Source: an uncultured Nitrospirales bacterium | GTDB taxonomy: Bacteria; Nitrospirota; Thermodesulfovibrionia; UBA6902; BMS3Bbin08 | Reading direction: 5' to 3' | Assembly: GCA_964574765.1 (NCBI GenBank) | Contig: CAZNPC010000004.1 | Coordinates: 1-60,197 of the forward strand | DNA: 60,197 nucleotides | In this document: positions 10,924-18,826 of the stretch, piece by piece | How the letters are laid out: the number at the start of each line of letters is the position of its first letter | Numbering within the stretch: position 1 is the stretch's first letter | Notes under the pieces: generated by a model | What the model was told of the DNA's origin: nothing | Database searches by the model: none | The model's input: only the letters and a program-made list of their open reading frames with translations | Program-made: the position numbers and the translations under genes

Positions 10924-11031
10924 TCATCTCTTTCCCTTATGAGAAGAGCACTTTGTGGATTTCCCGCTTGCCGAATTCTTACACTTTTTCCCTGCTTTTG
11001 TCTTTGCAGAACATTTTGCCTTCTTTGCCAT
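10924..11031 (-). CDS. 35-aa basic CCCH zinc-finger-like microprotein (not in ORF track)
   Basis: MAKKAKCSAKTKAGKKCKNSASGKSTKCSSHKGKR*, with C-x9-C-x10-C-x2-H, a strong RBS (AAAAGGAGGAAAC-ATG) and its own terminator. Confidence 0.8.
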   Translation of the reverse strand: MAKKAKCSAKTKAGKKCKNSASGKSTKCSSHKGKR

Positions 11032-11171
11032 GTTTCCTCCTTTTAAATTTAGAGAATTTAACACTTAAAGTCAGTATATCATAAGCAATGCCCAATTTAA
11101 AGAATTTATTTGTACGGATGGAACTTCATATGATAGACTTCTATTAACAGTCACAAACTGATCTCCTTGAT

Positions 11172-12035
11172 ATGAAAGTATTCTTTTCCAGTAAATGCCT
11201 CGAATACTCACAGCCCGGACACCCTGAGTCTCCGGAAAGGGTTAGCTCAACATACAGCTTTCTCAGGAAAAAAGGTTTTGAGTTCATTGAACCATCTGCA
11301 TGCAATGAAGAGGATATCCTGTTTGCTCACACACCTGAACTTCTTGAGTCTGTAAAGGAAGAACGTTTTTTTGATATGGACACTCCAGCGCTGCCCGGAA
11401 TATTTGATCACGCAATGCTTGCCGCCGGAAGCGCGGTCAACGCGGCGTCTATATGCCTTGAAGGAGAAATAGCATTTTCTTTAATGCGCCCGCCCGGCCA
11501 TCACGCAACCAGAAACAGCCTTGGAGGTTTTTGCTACTTCAATAATATCGCCGTTGCCGCGTTAAAGACGGGCCGGAAGGCCGGCAAAACAGCCATAATT
11601 GATTTTGACTGCCATCACGGAAACGGCACAGAGGACATATTCCTTGGCAAAGAGGGGTTTCTGTATCTTTCACTGCACCAGAGCCCTTTATATCCGGGAA
11701 CAGGGCTTGGAAGCCGTGAAAACTGCATAAATTATCCCCTTGCTTCAGGTACGTCTGCTGATGAGTATATCTCTGTCTTTGAGAAGGCGCTTGAGCAGGT
11801 TGTACAATTCAAACCCGACCTTGTCGCTGTCTCCGCGGGATTTGATTCATACATACTTGACCCAATAACAAACCTTTCACTTGAAAAAGACACATACAGA
11901 AAGATCGGAGCAATGCTTTCCGGACTTAATAAACCTCTGTTCACTGTGCTTGAAGGCGGATACAGTAGAGACCTGCCGGAGTGCATTTACCAATTCCTGA
12001 CAGGACTTGAGGGACAGCAGACGAAAGACGATTGA
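11172..12035 (+). CDS. Histone deacetylase-family amidohydrolase
   Basis: HPESPER, RPPGHHA, GGFCYFNN, DFDCHHGNGT, SAGFD and LEGGY motifs. Confidence 0.95.
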   Translation: MKVFFSSKCLEYSQPGHPESPERVSSTYSFLRKKGFEFIEPSACNEEDILFAHTPELLESVKEERFFDMDTPALPGIFDHAMLAAGSAVNAASICLEGEIAFSLMRPPGHHATRNSLGGFCYFNNIAVAALKTGRKAGKTAIIDFDCHHGNGTEDIFLGKEGFLYLSLHQSPLYPGTGLGSRENCINYPLASGTSADEYISVFEKALEQVVQFKPDLVAVSAGFDSYILDPITNLSLEKDTYRKIGAMLSGLNKPLFTVLEGGYSRDLPECIYQFLTGLEGQQTKDD

Positions 12036-12118
12036 AGATGGACGAGAGACGAAACAAATCAGCAACAAGGGATGACGGGCGGATGACGATGGAAGAAAGA
12101 AGAAGGACGAAGGAAGAT
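12017..12118. repeat. Heptamer array downstream of the four-helix-bundle gene
   Basis: The reverse complement reads TCGTCTC TCGTCCA TCTTCAA TCGTCTT TCGTCTG, consensus TCGTCYN. Confidence 0.75.
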
Positions 12119-12332
12119 AATCATTTAATATTGCAAAAACTGTCAGCCTTTTTTTCCATCGTAAATAACTTAGCGAATATATGCTCGTATTTTTCATCCA
12201 GTTTCTCAAATATCTTTTTATCAATATATTCACAAGCCAAAGCAAATTCTAACCAGGTTTGTGTCTCTGCGGCTTCTTGTGCTGCATCTGATAATTTATT
12301 AATAAATACAGCCTTATATCTTCGTTTACGCC

Positions 12333-12600
12333 CCTCCGGGTCAGAGATCCAAAAAATTGTGTAATTTTTCTTTAGAAAGTTTCAGAGAACGTTCAACCCA
12401 TCTAGCTTCTGACACCGAGGTATACTTTTTGTAAGCAATTATACGCCAAGGGATGCCCGATTTAGTTGACCTTACACGTCCAGCATTGTGTTCTTTGATT
12501 CTTTTCTCGAAATTTTTGGTATGGCCGATGTATCGTCGACCAACACGATCACTGTATAGAACATAGACAAACACGTCCTTTGCTCCTCTGGGTCAGAGAC
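12333..12600 (-). mobile_element. 268-bp GIY-YIG mini-element with terminal direct-repeat hairpins
   Basis: Minus strand begins GTCTCTGACCCAGAGG and ends ATCTCTGACCCGGAGG; it contains only an RBS and a GIY-YIG ORF and sits inside a Trp codon. Confidence 0.85.
12341..12574 (-). CDS. Small GIY-YIG nuclease (77 aa)
   Basis: FVYVL...RYIGHT...RIKEHN...STK...PW...EARWVERSLK; GTG start after AGGAG/AAGGA. Confidence 0.9.
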   Translation of the reverse strand: MFVYVLYSDRVGRRYIGHTKNFEKRIKEHNAGRVRSTKSGIPWRIIAYKKYTSVSEARWVERSLKLSKEKLHNFLDL

Positions 12601-12764
12601 AGCCTTCTGATAAATTTGTACAAACAGATCTTGAAGATTTGCGTACTTGGTCAGTTAAAGAATACCTTTCTTCCTTGGGAAATGTCTTTGAAATTTCAAA
12701 AATTTCCATTGCCGTTTTGAATGCTAACTTATAAACCTCTAATTCTCTTACGCTGCTGATCTTT

Positions 12765-12955
12765 TTCGTTTTCCGTCCTTCGTCACTCATCTCTTCTCCA
12801 CATCTATCTTTATTTGCAGTATTAGCGGTTTTTTAGTCCCTCGTCTATCATAATATGCAGTGTTTAACAGAAGTTGCGTCCATCATCCATCGTCTATCTT
12901 TGTTTGTAGTATTAATGGCCGTTTCGTCCCTCTTCTATCGTCTCTCCTCCATCAT
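12765..12955. repeat. Heptamer array and ~49-bp imperfect direct repeat upstream of the four-helix-bundle gene
   Basis: TCGTCCC TCTTCTA TCGTCTC TCCTCCA, inverted relative to 12017-12118. 12801-12849 resembles 12891-12939. Confidence 0.75.
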
Positions 12956-12960
12956 GTCGT

Positions 12961-14409
12961 TCACTTCTTCCAGAAACGCGGTACAAACAGAATAACAACC
13001 GTATAGATCTCGAGCCTGCCCATCAGCATACAGAAGATAAGCACCCATTTACCGGCAGTCGGAATTGATGAATAATTATCCGCAGGCCCGGCCTGCCCAA
13101 GCGCGGGACCTACGTTTGACATGGCTGATATAACCGTACTTGCCGACGTTATTATATCCATACCCAACGCGCTCATTAAAAGTGTTGCTACCACGGAAAT
13201 GAGAATGAACAGAAACAAAAACCCCCAGATACCGCCGAGAGTCTCTTTAAGCACTACTTTTCCGCCAAGCCTGAGCGCTGTAAGCGCGTGCGGATGGATC
13301 AGCTGATAAAGCTCCCTGTACGCCTGTTTGAACATAAGCAGGACCCTGACCTGTTTCATACCGCCTCCGGTTGAGCCTATCATACCCCCGAAAAACATAA
13401 GGCCGATCAACAGTACCTGGATAAAAACCGGCCACAGCTCATAATCAGCAGTCGCATAACCTGTTGTAGTCATTATAGATACAACCTGAAACGAAGCATA
13501 CCTTAAGGAGTCCGGGACCGAATACCCGCCCGACCTGATCAGAGCAAGGGTAACAACAGCTATTGAGACAAATATCACCATAAGGTAGAACTTGAACTCC
13601 GTACTATTGGTAAATTTAGAGAATTTACCGCGCAGAGCATAAAAATGAAGAGCAAAATTGATTCCGGCGAAGAACATAAAGACAGTTATTATTATTTCGA
13701 TGTAAGAGTTGTTGAAATGAGCTATGCTTGCCGTCTTTGTTGAAAAACCGCCCGTAGCCATTGTCGTAAGTGCATGACATACAGCGTCAAAGACCTCCAT
13801 GCCGCATATCCACAGAAGGACCGCCAGAACTACAGTGAGTCCGGCATAAATATACCAGAGAGACTTTGCAGTATCAAGGATTCTCGGCCTTAACTTCTCA
13901 ACACCGATATCCGGCACTTCCGCCTTGAATAACTGCATACCTCCGACTCCTAACATAGGAAGAATGGCAATAGAAAATACTATTATTCCCATTCCGCCTA
14001 TCCACTGAGTAAGACTTCTCCAGAGCAGAATGCCCTCAGGCAGGCTTTCGAGATCACTCAGAACCGACGCACCAGTTGTCGTAAACCCTGCCATGGCCTC
14101 AAAATACGCGTTGGTAAACGATAAAGAAGCACCTGTCATCAGATAAGGCAATGCGCCGAAAAGAGAGATTGCAAGCCAGCTCGCGGTTACAACAGCAAAG
14201 CCGTCTCTATGTTTCAGCTCTACCTCTTTCTGACTCTTTGTGAAAAAAAAGAGCAGTATGCCTGAAAACAGGGTGACAAAAAAAGACATGCCCAGTGCGG
14301 CAATATCCCCGCTTTTATAGATAATTGAAGCTATGATCGGCAGCAGCATGAAGGCAGAGGAAAAGATAAGGACCACGCCGACAAGATTAAACACAAGAAG
14401 AATGTTCAT
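12961..14409 (-). CDS. trkH: Trk potassium uptake permease TrkH
   Basis: FEAMAGFTTTGAS, QWIGGMGII, TGGFS, GSTGGG and GRLEI motifs. Confidence 0.96.
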   Translation of the reverse strand: MNILLVFNLVGVVLIFSSAFMLLPIIASIIYKSGDIAALGMSFFVTLFSGILLFFFTKSQKEVELKHRDGFAVVTASWLAISLFGALPYLMTGASLSFTNAYFEAMAGFTTTGASVLSDLESLPEGILLWRSLTQWIGGMGIIVFSIAILPMLGVGGMQLFKAEVPDIGVEKLRPRILDTAKSLWYIYAGLTVVLAVLLWICGMEVFDAVCHALTTMATGGFSTKTASIAHFNNSYIEIIITVFMFFAGINFALHFYALRGKFSKFTNSTEFKFYLMVIFVSIAVVTLALIRSGGYSVPDSLRYASFQVVSIMTTTGYATADYELWPVFIQVLLIGLMFFGGMIGSTGGGMKQVRVLLMFKQAYRELYQLIHPHALTALRLGGKVVLKETLGGIWGFLFLFILISVVATLLMSALGMDIITSASTVISAMSNVGPALGQAGPADNYSSIPTAGKWVLIFCMLMGRLEIYTVVILFVPRFWKK

Positions 14410-15740
14410 TGAAGGAGTTTTTCTACCTGTTTGATAGAGTCTTTAAGTGTAAATACTATCAGTTTATCGCCCTGCTGTATCTCATCTCTGCCCGAAGGGA
14501 TAACTACGTCCTCATCCCTTATAATTGCTCCGACCAGTGATTTCTTGGGAAGCTCAACCTCAAAAAGTTTCTTTCCTATAAGCACAGAGCCCTCTCTTAC
14601 AAGCGCCTCCATTATCTCTGCCTTGCCGTCGGCAATAGTCGTCAGGGACAGAACATTCCCGCCTCTTACACACTTAAGAATAGCGTCCGCAGTGATCAAA
14701 CGAGGGCTCAGAACAGCTTCAATACCAAGACTGTTGGCCAGTGGCAGATAATCAGTTTTGTTGACAATTGTTATAACCTTTTTAACTCCAAGACTCTTGG
14801 CAAGCAGAGAGGCCATAATGTTCAGTTCCTCATTATTCGATATCGCTGCAAATACGTCCATTTCATTGATATTTTCTTCTTCAAGCAGTTTCTGGTCTGA
14901 TCCGTCCCCGTGAAGTATAACGCTCTTTTTCAGTGATTTAAGCAGGAATTTGCTCCTTTCCGTATCCCTTTCTATAATCTTCACGTTTACATTTCGCTCT
15001 TCCATTGTCTTTGCAACATAATAACCAACCCTGCCGCCGCCGACTATCATAACGTTCCTGACCGGCTCGGTAACACCGCCGAAAACATTACAGACCGGCT
15101 CCACGTCATCGGCCTTGACCGGCAGGAAAATGATGTCATCTTCCTTGATCCTGTCATTGCCGGTCGGGATAATTATCTGATCCCCGCGCTGTATGGTACC
15201 GATCAATACCCTGGGGCCTGACAGATCAAGATTTTTCAGAGACTTGTCTATAAATTTCGATTTGGCAGGGATTTTAAAACCGATTATCTTTACTCTGCCG
15301 TCTTCAAAGTCTTCAACATCAACGGCAAAAGAGATTTCCAGCAGCCTGACAATGGCCCTGGCAGATTCGATCTCAGGGCTTATAGCAGGATTTATACCGA
15401 GACTGTGCAGAAGTGTGGCATTGTCAGTATATTCTATATTTCTGATCCGCGCGACATTCCTTGGAACCTGGAACATTACCTTTGCGACAAGGCAGGCGAT
15501 CATATTGGTCTCGTCCATATCCGTGACAGCAAGCAGTATGTCCGCGTTCTTTACTCCTGCCTCTTCAAGGACAGACGGAGAGCCGCCCTCGCCTTCGATA
15601 ACGGCAACATCCAGTTTCTCAGATATCCTCCTGAGCTTATCCTTGGACTTGTCTACAACTACAACATCAATGTTTTCGGCAGACAGGAATTTGGCGATTT
15701 GAAAGCCGACCTCACCTGCCCCGACTACTATAACTCGCAT
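14406..15740 (-). CDS. trkA: Trk potassium uptake regulatory subunit TrkA
   Basis: Two RCK_N (GAGEVG, GGGRVG) and two RCK_C domains. Likely start ATG 15740. Confidence 0.96.
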   Translation of the reverse strand: MRVIVVGAGEVGFQIAKFLSAENIDVVVVDKSKDKLRRISEKLDVAVIEGEGGSPSVLEEAGVKNADILLAVTDMDETNMIACLVAKVMFQVPRNVARIRNIEYTDNATLLHSLGINPAISPEIESARAIVRLLEISFAVDVEDFEDGRVKIIGFKIPAKSKFIDKSLKNLDLSGPRVLIGTIQRGDQIIIPTGNDRIKEDDIIFLPVKADDVEPVCNVFGGVTEPVRNVMIVGGGRVGYYVAKTMEERNVNVKIIERDTERSKFLLKSLKKSVILHGDGSDQKLLEEENINEMDVFAAISNNEELNIMASLLAKSLGVKKVITIVNKTDYLPLANSLGIEAVLSPRLITADAILKCVRGGNVLSLTTIADGKAEIMEALVREGSVLIGKKLFEVELPKKSLVGAIIRDEDVVIPSGRDEIQQGDKLIVFTLKDSIKQVEKLLQ

Positions 15741-15861
15741 CGCCAACATTATATCATAAGGGAATTGAGAAAAAGCAAATAAAAGGGGGCAAAACCGACA
15801 CCTTAACCAGGGCAGTGCCGCCTCCAGCTTATTGATTTAATTAAGAAAACTTCTTAAGATA

Positions 15862-15948
15862 AGTTTAGAGTCTTGAATCTAGAGTTAAGAGTTGGCTGTT
15901 AGTATTTGGTTGTTAGCCAAGAGCTATCAGCCATCAGCTATGAACTAT
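15862..15948. repeat. Inverted heptamer arrays
   Basis: AGTTAAG AGTTGGC TGTTAGT...TGTTAGC followed by the complementary GCTATCA GCCATCA GCTATGA. Confidence 0.65.
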
Positions 15949-15951
15949 ATC

Positions 15952-16015
15952 GGGCGATTAGCTTCCGCCTCAGGCGGAGGAGAGCGGTCGATTCGACAGG
16001 CCGAAGGCTATATTA
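15952..16015 (+). pseudogene. Degenerate tRNA-Val 5' copy 1 with a palindrome in the D-loop
   Basis: GGGCGATTAGCT[TCCGCCTCAGGCGGA]GGAGAGCG matches the 5' end of the tRNA at 16211; no T-arm or CCA. Confidence 0.65.
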
Positions 16016-16090
16016 TAGACTGAGGGTCGATCCGACTCGCTAGGAATAAGATTTTTTTATTTGTTACTATTCACGCTGTAAAGATGGTAC

Positions 16091-16143
16091 GGGCGATTAG
16101 CTTCCGCCTCAGGCGGAGAAGAGCGGTCGATTCGACAGGTCGC
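16091..16143 (+). pseudogene. Degenerate tRNA-Val 5' copy 2
   Basis: GGGCGATTAGCT[TCCGCCTCAGGCGGA]GAAGAGCGGTCGATTCGACAGG, nearly identical to copy 1. Confidence 0.65.
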
Positions 16144-16210
16144 TGAATAAATATTGTTTTATTGGCTGTATACTGGTAACTGATCACCGATTACTGGTCA
16201 CGGTTTTTAT

Positions 16211-16285
16211 GGGCGATTAGCTCAGTGGGAGAGCGCTGCCTTCACACGGCAGAGGTCGTAGGTTCGAAACCTACATCGCCTACCA
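16211..16285 (+). tRNA. tRNA-Val (CAC)
   Basis: Full cloverleaf: anticodon arm CTGCC-TTCACAC-GGCAG, GGTTCGAAACC T-arm, encoded CCA. Confidence 0.97.
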
Positions 16286-16404
16286 TTTAAATACCGTGAG
16301 CTGTGAACTGTGATCAGTAATCGGTCAACTGATTAAAGCCGTCCCTTATTCCTGCTTTTGCTTTGCCCCCACATCTTTGATTCGAATAGCGAATCAGAGG
16401 GGGC

Positions 16405-16431
16405 AAAAAAAAGGCCTGGCTTAACCAGGCC
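16405..16431 (-). terminator. Intrinsic terminator for the Cys-rich secreted protein gene
   Basis: Minus strand GGCCTGG-ttaag-CCAGGCC-T8; a second hairpin lies adjacent at 16362-16407. Confidence 0.8.
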
Positions 16432-16454
16432 CCTGGAGGATAAAATGCGATGAG

Positions 16455-16757
16455 CTATATATTACCGTCACCATCACCTATGCCAAGACATGGAGGCTCA
16501 AAATCTGTCTGCTTAACATAGTTTCTGTAAATTTTATTGCATGCTTTCCATGAGGCATGTGGTTTATCACTGTCGCAATCCATAGCTTCACAATAAGCGA
16601 CGCATAGCCCATATGCTACCCCTATATCTACGTCACAAACTGTCTCTTCTGCCGGCGTTTTGCCATCAGGAGTTTTGGCTATTGATACATCAAAACTAAT
16701 TGTTACAGTGACAAATGCTAATACCAAAATGAAAATTAAAAATTTTACCAATCTCAT
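16455..16757 (-). CDS. Small secreted Cys-rich hypothetical protein
   Basis: Signal peptide; mature region TPDGKTPAEETVC...YGLCVAYCEAMDCD...AC...PPC (6 Cys); AAGGAGG RBS. Confidence 0.8.
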   Translation of the reverse strand: MRLVKFLIFILVLAFVTVTISFDVSIAKTPDGKTPAEETVCDVDIGVAYGLCVAYCEAMDCDSDKPHASWKACNKIYRNYVKQTDFEPPCLGIGDGDGNI

Positions 16758-17391
16758 AAGATTTTCCTCCTTTTGGATTTATTATTTACAACTCAATAAA
16801 ATACCAAGGGCAAGATATCAATGATGCTAAATAATTTTTCCGCCTCCTTTTAGTGTGAATTTTCTCTGCTTCAGGGCATTAAAATTATAGCAGAAATTTG
16901 CAGCCATTACAAAGCAACTCTGTCAAATTAATCTGCATTTCTTTTAAAAACAGGTACTCAGGGATCAGAAGACATCACCTACTCTACAAAACTGGTCATA
17001 GACAAGCCGTAATTTCCAGTATCTTTTAAGGGTTTTTCACAATGGCTTTCCATACTTCAGGGGGGGGGTAAGCAGCAAAGCGGGTTTCTATATCATTCTT
17101 AATCCGTTTCGAATGGTTGAATTTAAAGACGGTATATCGATTCTCTTAACATCATGGTAATACACTTAATTCAAGTGATAATCTATCGCGGCCGGTGTTT
17201 GATAAAAAGGCTGGTTTATTAATACCGCAGAAAAATATACCGCAGAACCGGGATGGACAGAAAATACAGTAAAGAACAGAATGGCTTAGGGTGACTTTGA
17301 CTATATGGTATATATGGTTTTCCTTTTCTTGTATTCTTTCCGTAATTTGATATAATTTTAATATCGACGTCTGGAGACATGGAATATACTC

Positions 17392-17865
17392 ATGACGGAT
17401 ATATTGACAGTACTTGACAATACGGCACTGCTTGAGGAGAACCTTGCTAAATTCTATGAATGGCTCGGGGAAAAATTTTCTCATAATAAGGAATTACGCG
17501 CTTTTTACCATCAGATGAGTTTTGATGAGCTTGCCCATCGTGATCTTGTAAAATATCAAATAAGGGTTGTGCGTAAGGAAAAGGACCAGTTCTCTGATGT
17601 AGATATATCTCTCGATTATCTCAAGGATATCTCAGAGAAGGTAATGGAACATAGAAAGAATGATCTGCCTTCGGTCGAGGATTCTCTAAGACAAACTGTT
17701 GAAATCGAGAACAGCCTGGCGGAACGGTATTTTGAAACTGTAATCAAACAGTCCAATAAGGGGTTTGCCGCATTGATCCAGAACCTTGGAGACAGCAGCA
17801 AAGAACACCTTGAAAGGTGCCTGGAAATGGCAAAGAAGCATAATATTCCAACTGATCAGGACTGA
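17392..17865 (+). CDS. Ferritin-like/rubrerythrin-family protein
   Basis: E-x6-Y...DELAH and E-x6-Y...KEH pairs typical of a di-iron four-helix fold. Confidence 0.7.
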   Translation: MTDILTVLDNTALLEENLAKFYEWLGEKFSHNKELRAFYHQMSFDELAHRDLVKYQIRVVRKEKDQFSDVDISLDYLKDISEKVMEHRKNDLPSVEDSLRQTVEIENSLAERYFETVIKQSNKGFAALIQNLGDSSKEHLERCLEMAKKHNIPTDQD

Positions 17866-17947
17866 TCAGTGCCCGTCACACACCTTTTTACATCAAATCT
17901 TAACCAATAACCTGCATTGTAACAATGACCGTTAACGGTTATCTGTT

Positions 17948-17975
17948 AGAAGAAAGGCCTGGAATTACCAGGCCC
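17948..17975 (-). terminator. Terminator after the two-CW gene pair
   Basis: GGCCTGG-aatta-CCAGGCC hairpin (same stem as 16413-16431) with a T-rich tail on the minus strand. Confidence 0.65.
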
Positions 17976-17996
17976 TTCATCTATCTTTTTCTAATT

Positions 17997-18302
17997 TCAC
18001 TTATTTCTTAATTTCGACAACAGTGTTGCAGAAAGCTTAAAGTTGTGATTTTCCTCTGACCTTACTTTCATGTAAAAATCACATTTGCTGCAATTCTTGT
18101 ATTTCTGGGCAAATGTCCCCTGTGGCTGCCCGTCACACAGCGTTCCAGCAACGACCCAGCATGCCCTGCCGGCATTCTTTCCGCCATGAATTCCATTAAG
18201 CTGTGTCTGCACACTTACCGGACACACACCGACTTCCCCGACTTTGGACCCTCCTTCTTCTCTGCCGCATCCTTTAATTTCCCAGCAATTCCATTTTGTC
18301 AT
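17997..18302 (-). CDS. Two-CW-type Cys-rich small protein, paralog 1
   Basis: NCWEIKGCGRE...CP...GGKNAGRACWVVAGTLC...CSKCDFY (7 Cys). Confidence 0.8.
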   Translation of the reverse strand: MTKWNCWEIKGCGREEGGSKVGEVGVCPVSVQTQLNGIHGGKNAGRACWVVAGTLCDGQPQGTFAQKYKNCSKCDFYMKVRSEENHNFKLSATLLSKLRNK

Positions 18303-18380
18303 TTTTTTCTCCTTGTTTTTGTAAAGAAATTTATTGAGATCAGAAAATCGCTCATCTTCCCTACCTTATAAAGAAATTTG

Positions 18381-18716
18381 TTATTCCAGCCCATTTTTCA
18401 ATCTTGGTAAAAGTGTTATAGAGAACTGAAAATTATGAAGTTCTTCTGATTTTACTTTCATGTAAAAATCACATATATTACAATCCAGGTATTTTTGTGC
18501 AAAATTCCCCTGAATCTTGCTGTCGCACATACTGCCTGCTACAACCCAGCATGCCCTTCCGGCATTTTCACCCCCATGCACACCATCAAGTCCTGTCTCT
18601 GTGCTGGATGGGCATGCGCCGTTTCCATTTGTGTTTCGTCCACCCAACTCTCTTCCGCATTTTTTGACTTCCCAACAATTTTTCTTTGATATTTGCTTTT
18701 TCATCACTTTCTTCAT
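18381..18716 (-). CDS. Two-CW-type Cys-rich small protein, paralog 2
   Basis: NCWEVKKCGRE...CP...GGENAGRACWVVAGSMC...CNICDFY, with the same Cys spacing as paralog 1. Confidence 0.8.
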   Translation of the reverse strand: MKKVMKKQISKKNCWEVKKCGRELGGRNTNGNGACPSSTETGLDGVHGGENAGRACWVVAGSMCDSKIQGNFAQKYLDCNICDFYMKVKSEELHNFQFSITLLPRLKNGLE

Positions 18717-18826
18717 TCCTTAATCTTCTTTGTCTAAAATCCCCGAAATTCAGAGGATTGCCCTTTTCTCTACTTTAAATATCTCAAAATAAACGGGGGA
18801 AAACAATGAGGTTTAAATGGATAGAC

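Larger units (their letters stand above)
12121..12790 (-). pseudogene. Four-helix-bundle (23S rRNA IVP / bAvd-like) gene interrupted by a 268-bp insertion
   Basis: N-half: ...LEVYKLA...FPKEERYSLTDQVRKSSRSVCTNLSEG (12790-12601). C-half: RKRRYKAVFINKLSDAAQEAAETQTWLEFALACEYI...FCNIK* (12332-12121). Removing 12333-12600 restores TGG (W) and a 133-aa ORF. Confidence 0.92.

Noticed and set aside
12032-12364. ORFs 12032-12364 (+) and 11877-12245 (-)
   Set aside because: They are shadows of the heptamer array and of the four-helix C-terminal half, which lies in another frame.
12333-12600. Group I intron or intein carrying a homing endonuclease
   Set aside because: Only about 35 non-coding bases, too few for a ribozyme core. 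The insert is 268 bp (out of frame) and contains stops, so it is not an intein.
12121-12790. Diversity-generating retroelement (Avd-like gene)
   Set aside because: No reverse transcriptase and no TR/VR pair with adenine-specific mismatches in the window.
16770-16851. Second Shine-Dalgarno followed by a lipoprotein-signal-like frame (minus strand)
   Set aside because: There is no start codon after the RBS and the frame closes after about 20 codons; at most a relic.
17060-17068. G9 tract as a phase-variation switch
   Set aside because: It is intergenic, about 300 bp from either start, and not demonstrably within a promoter. Read-level length variation would be needed.
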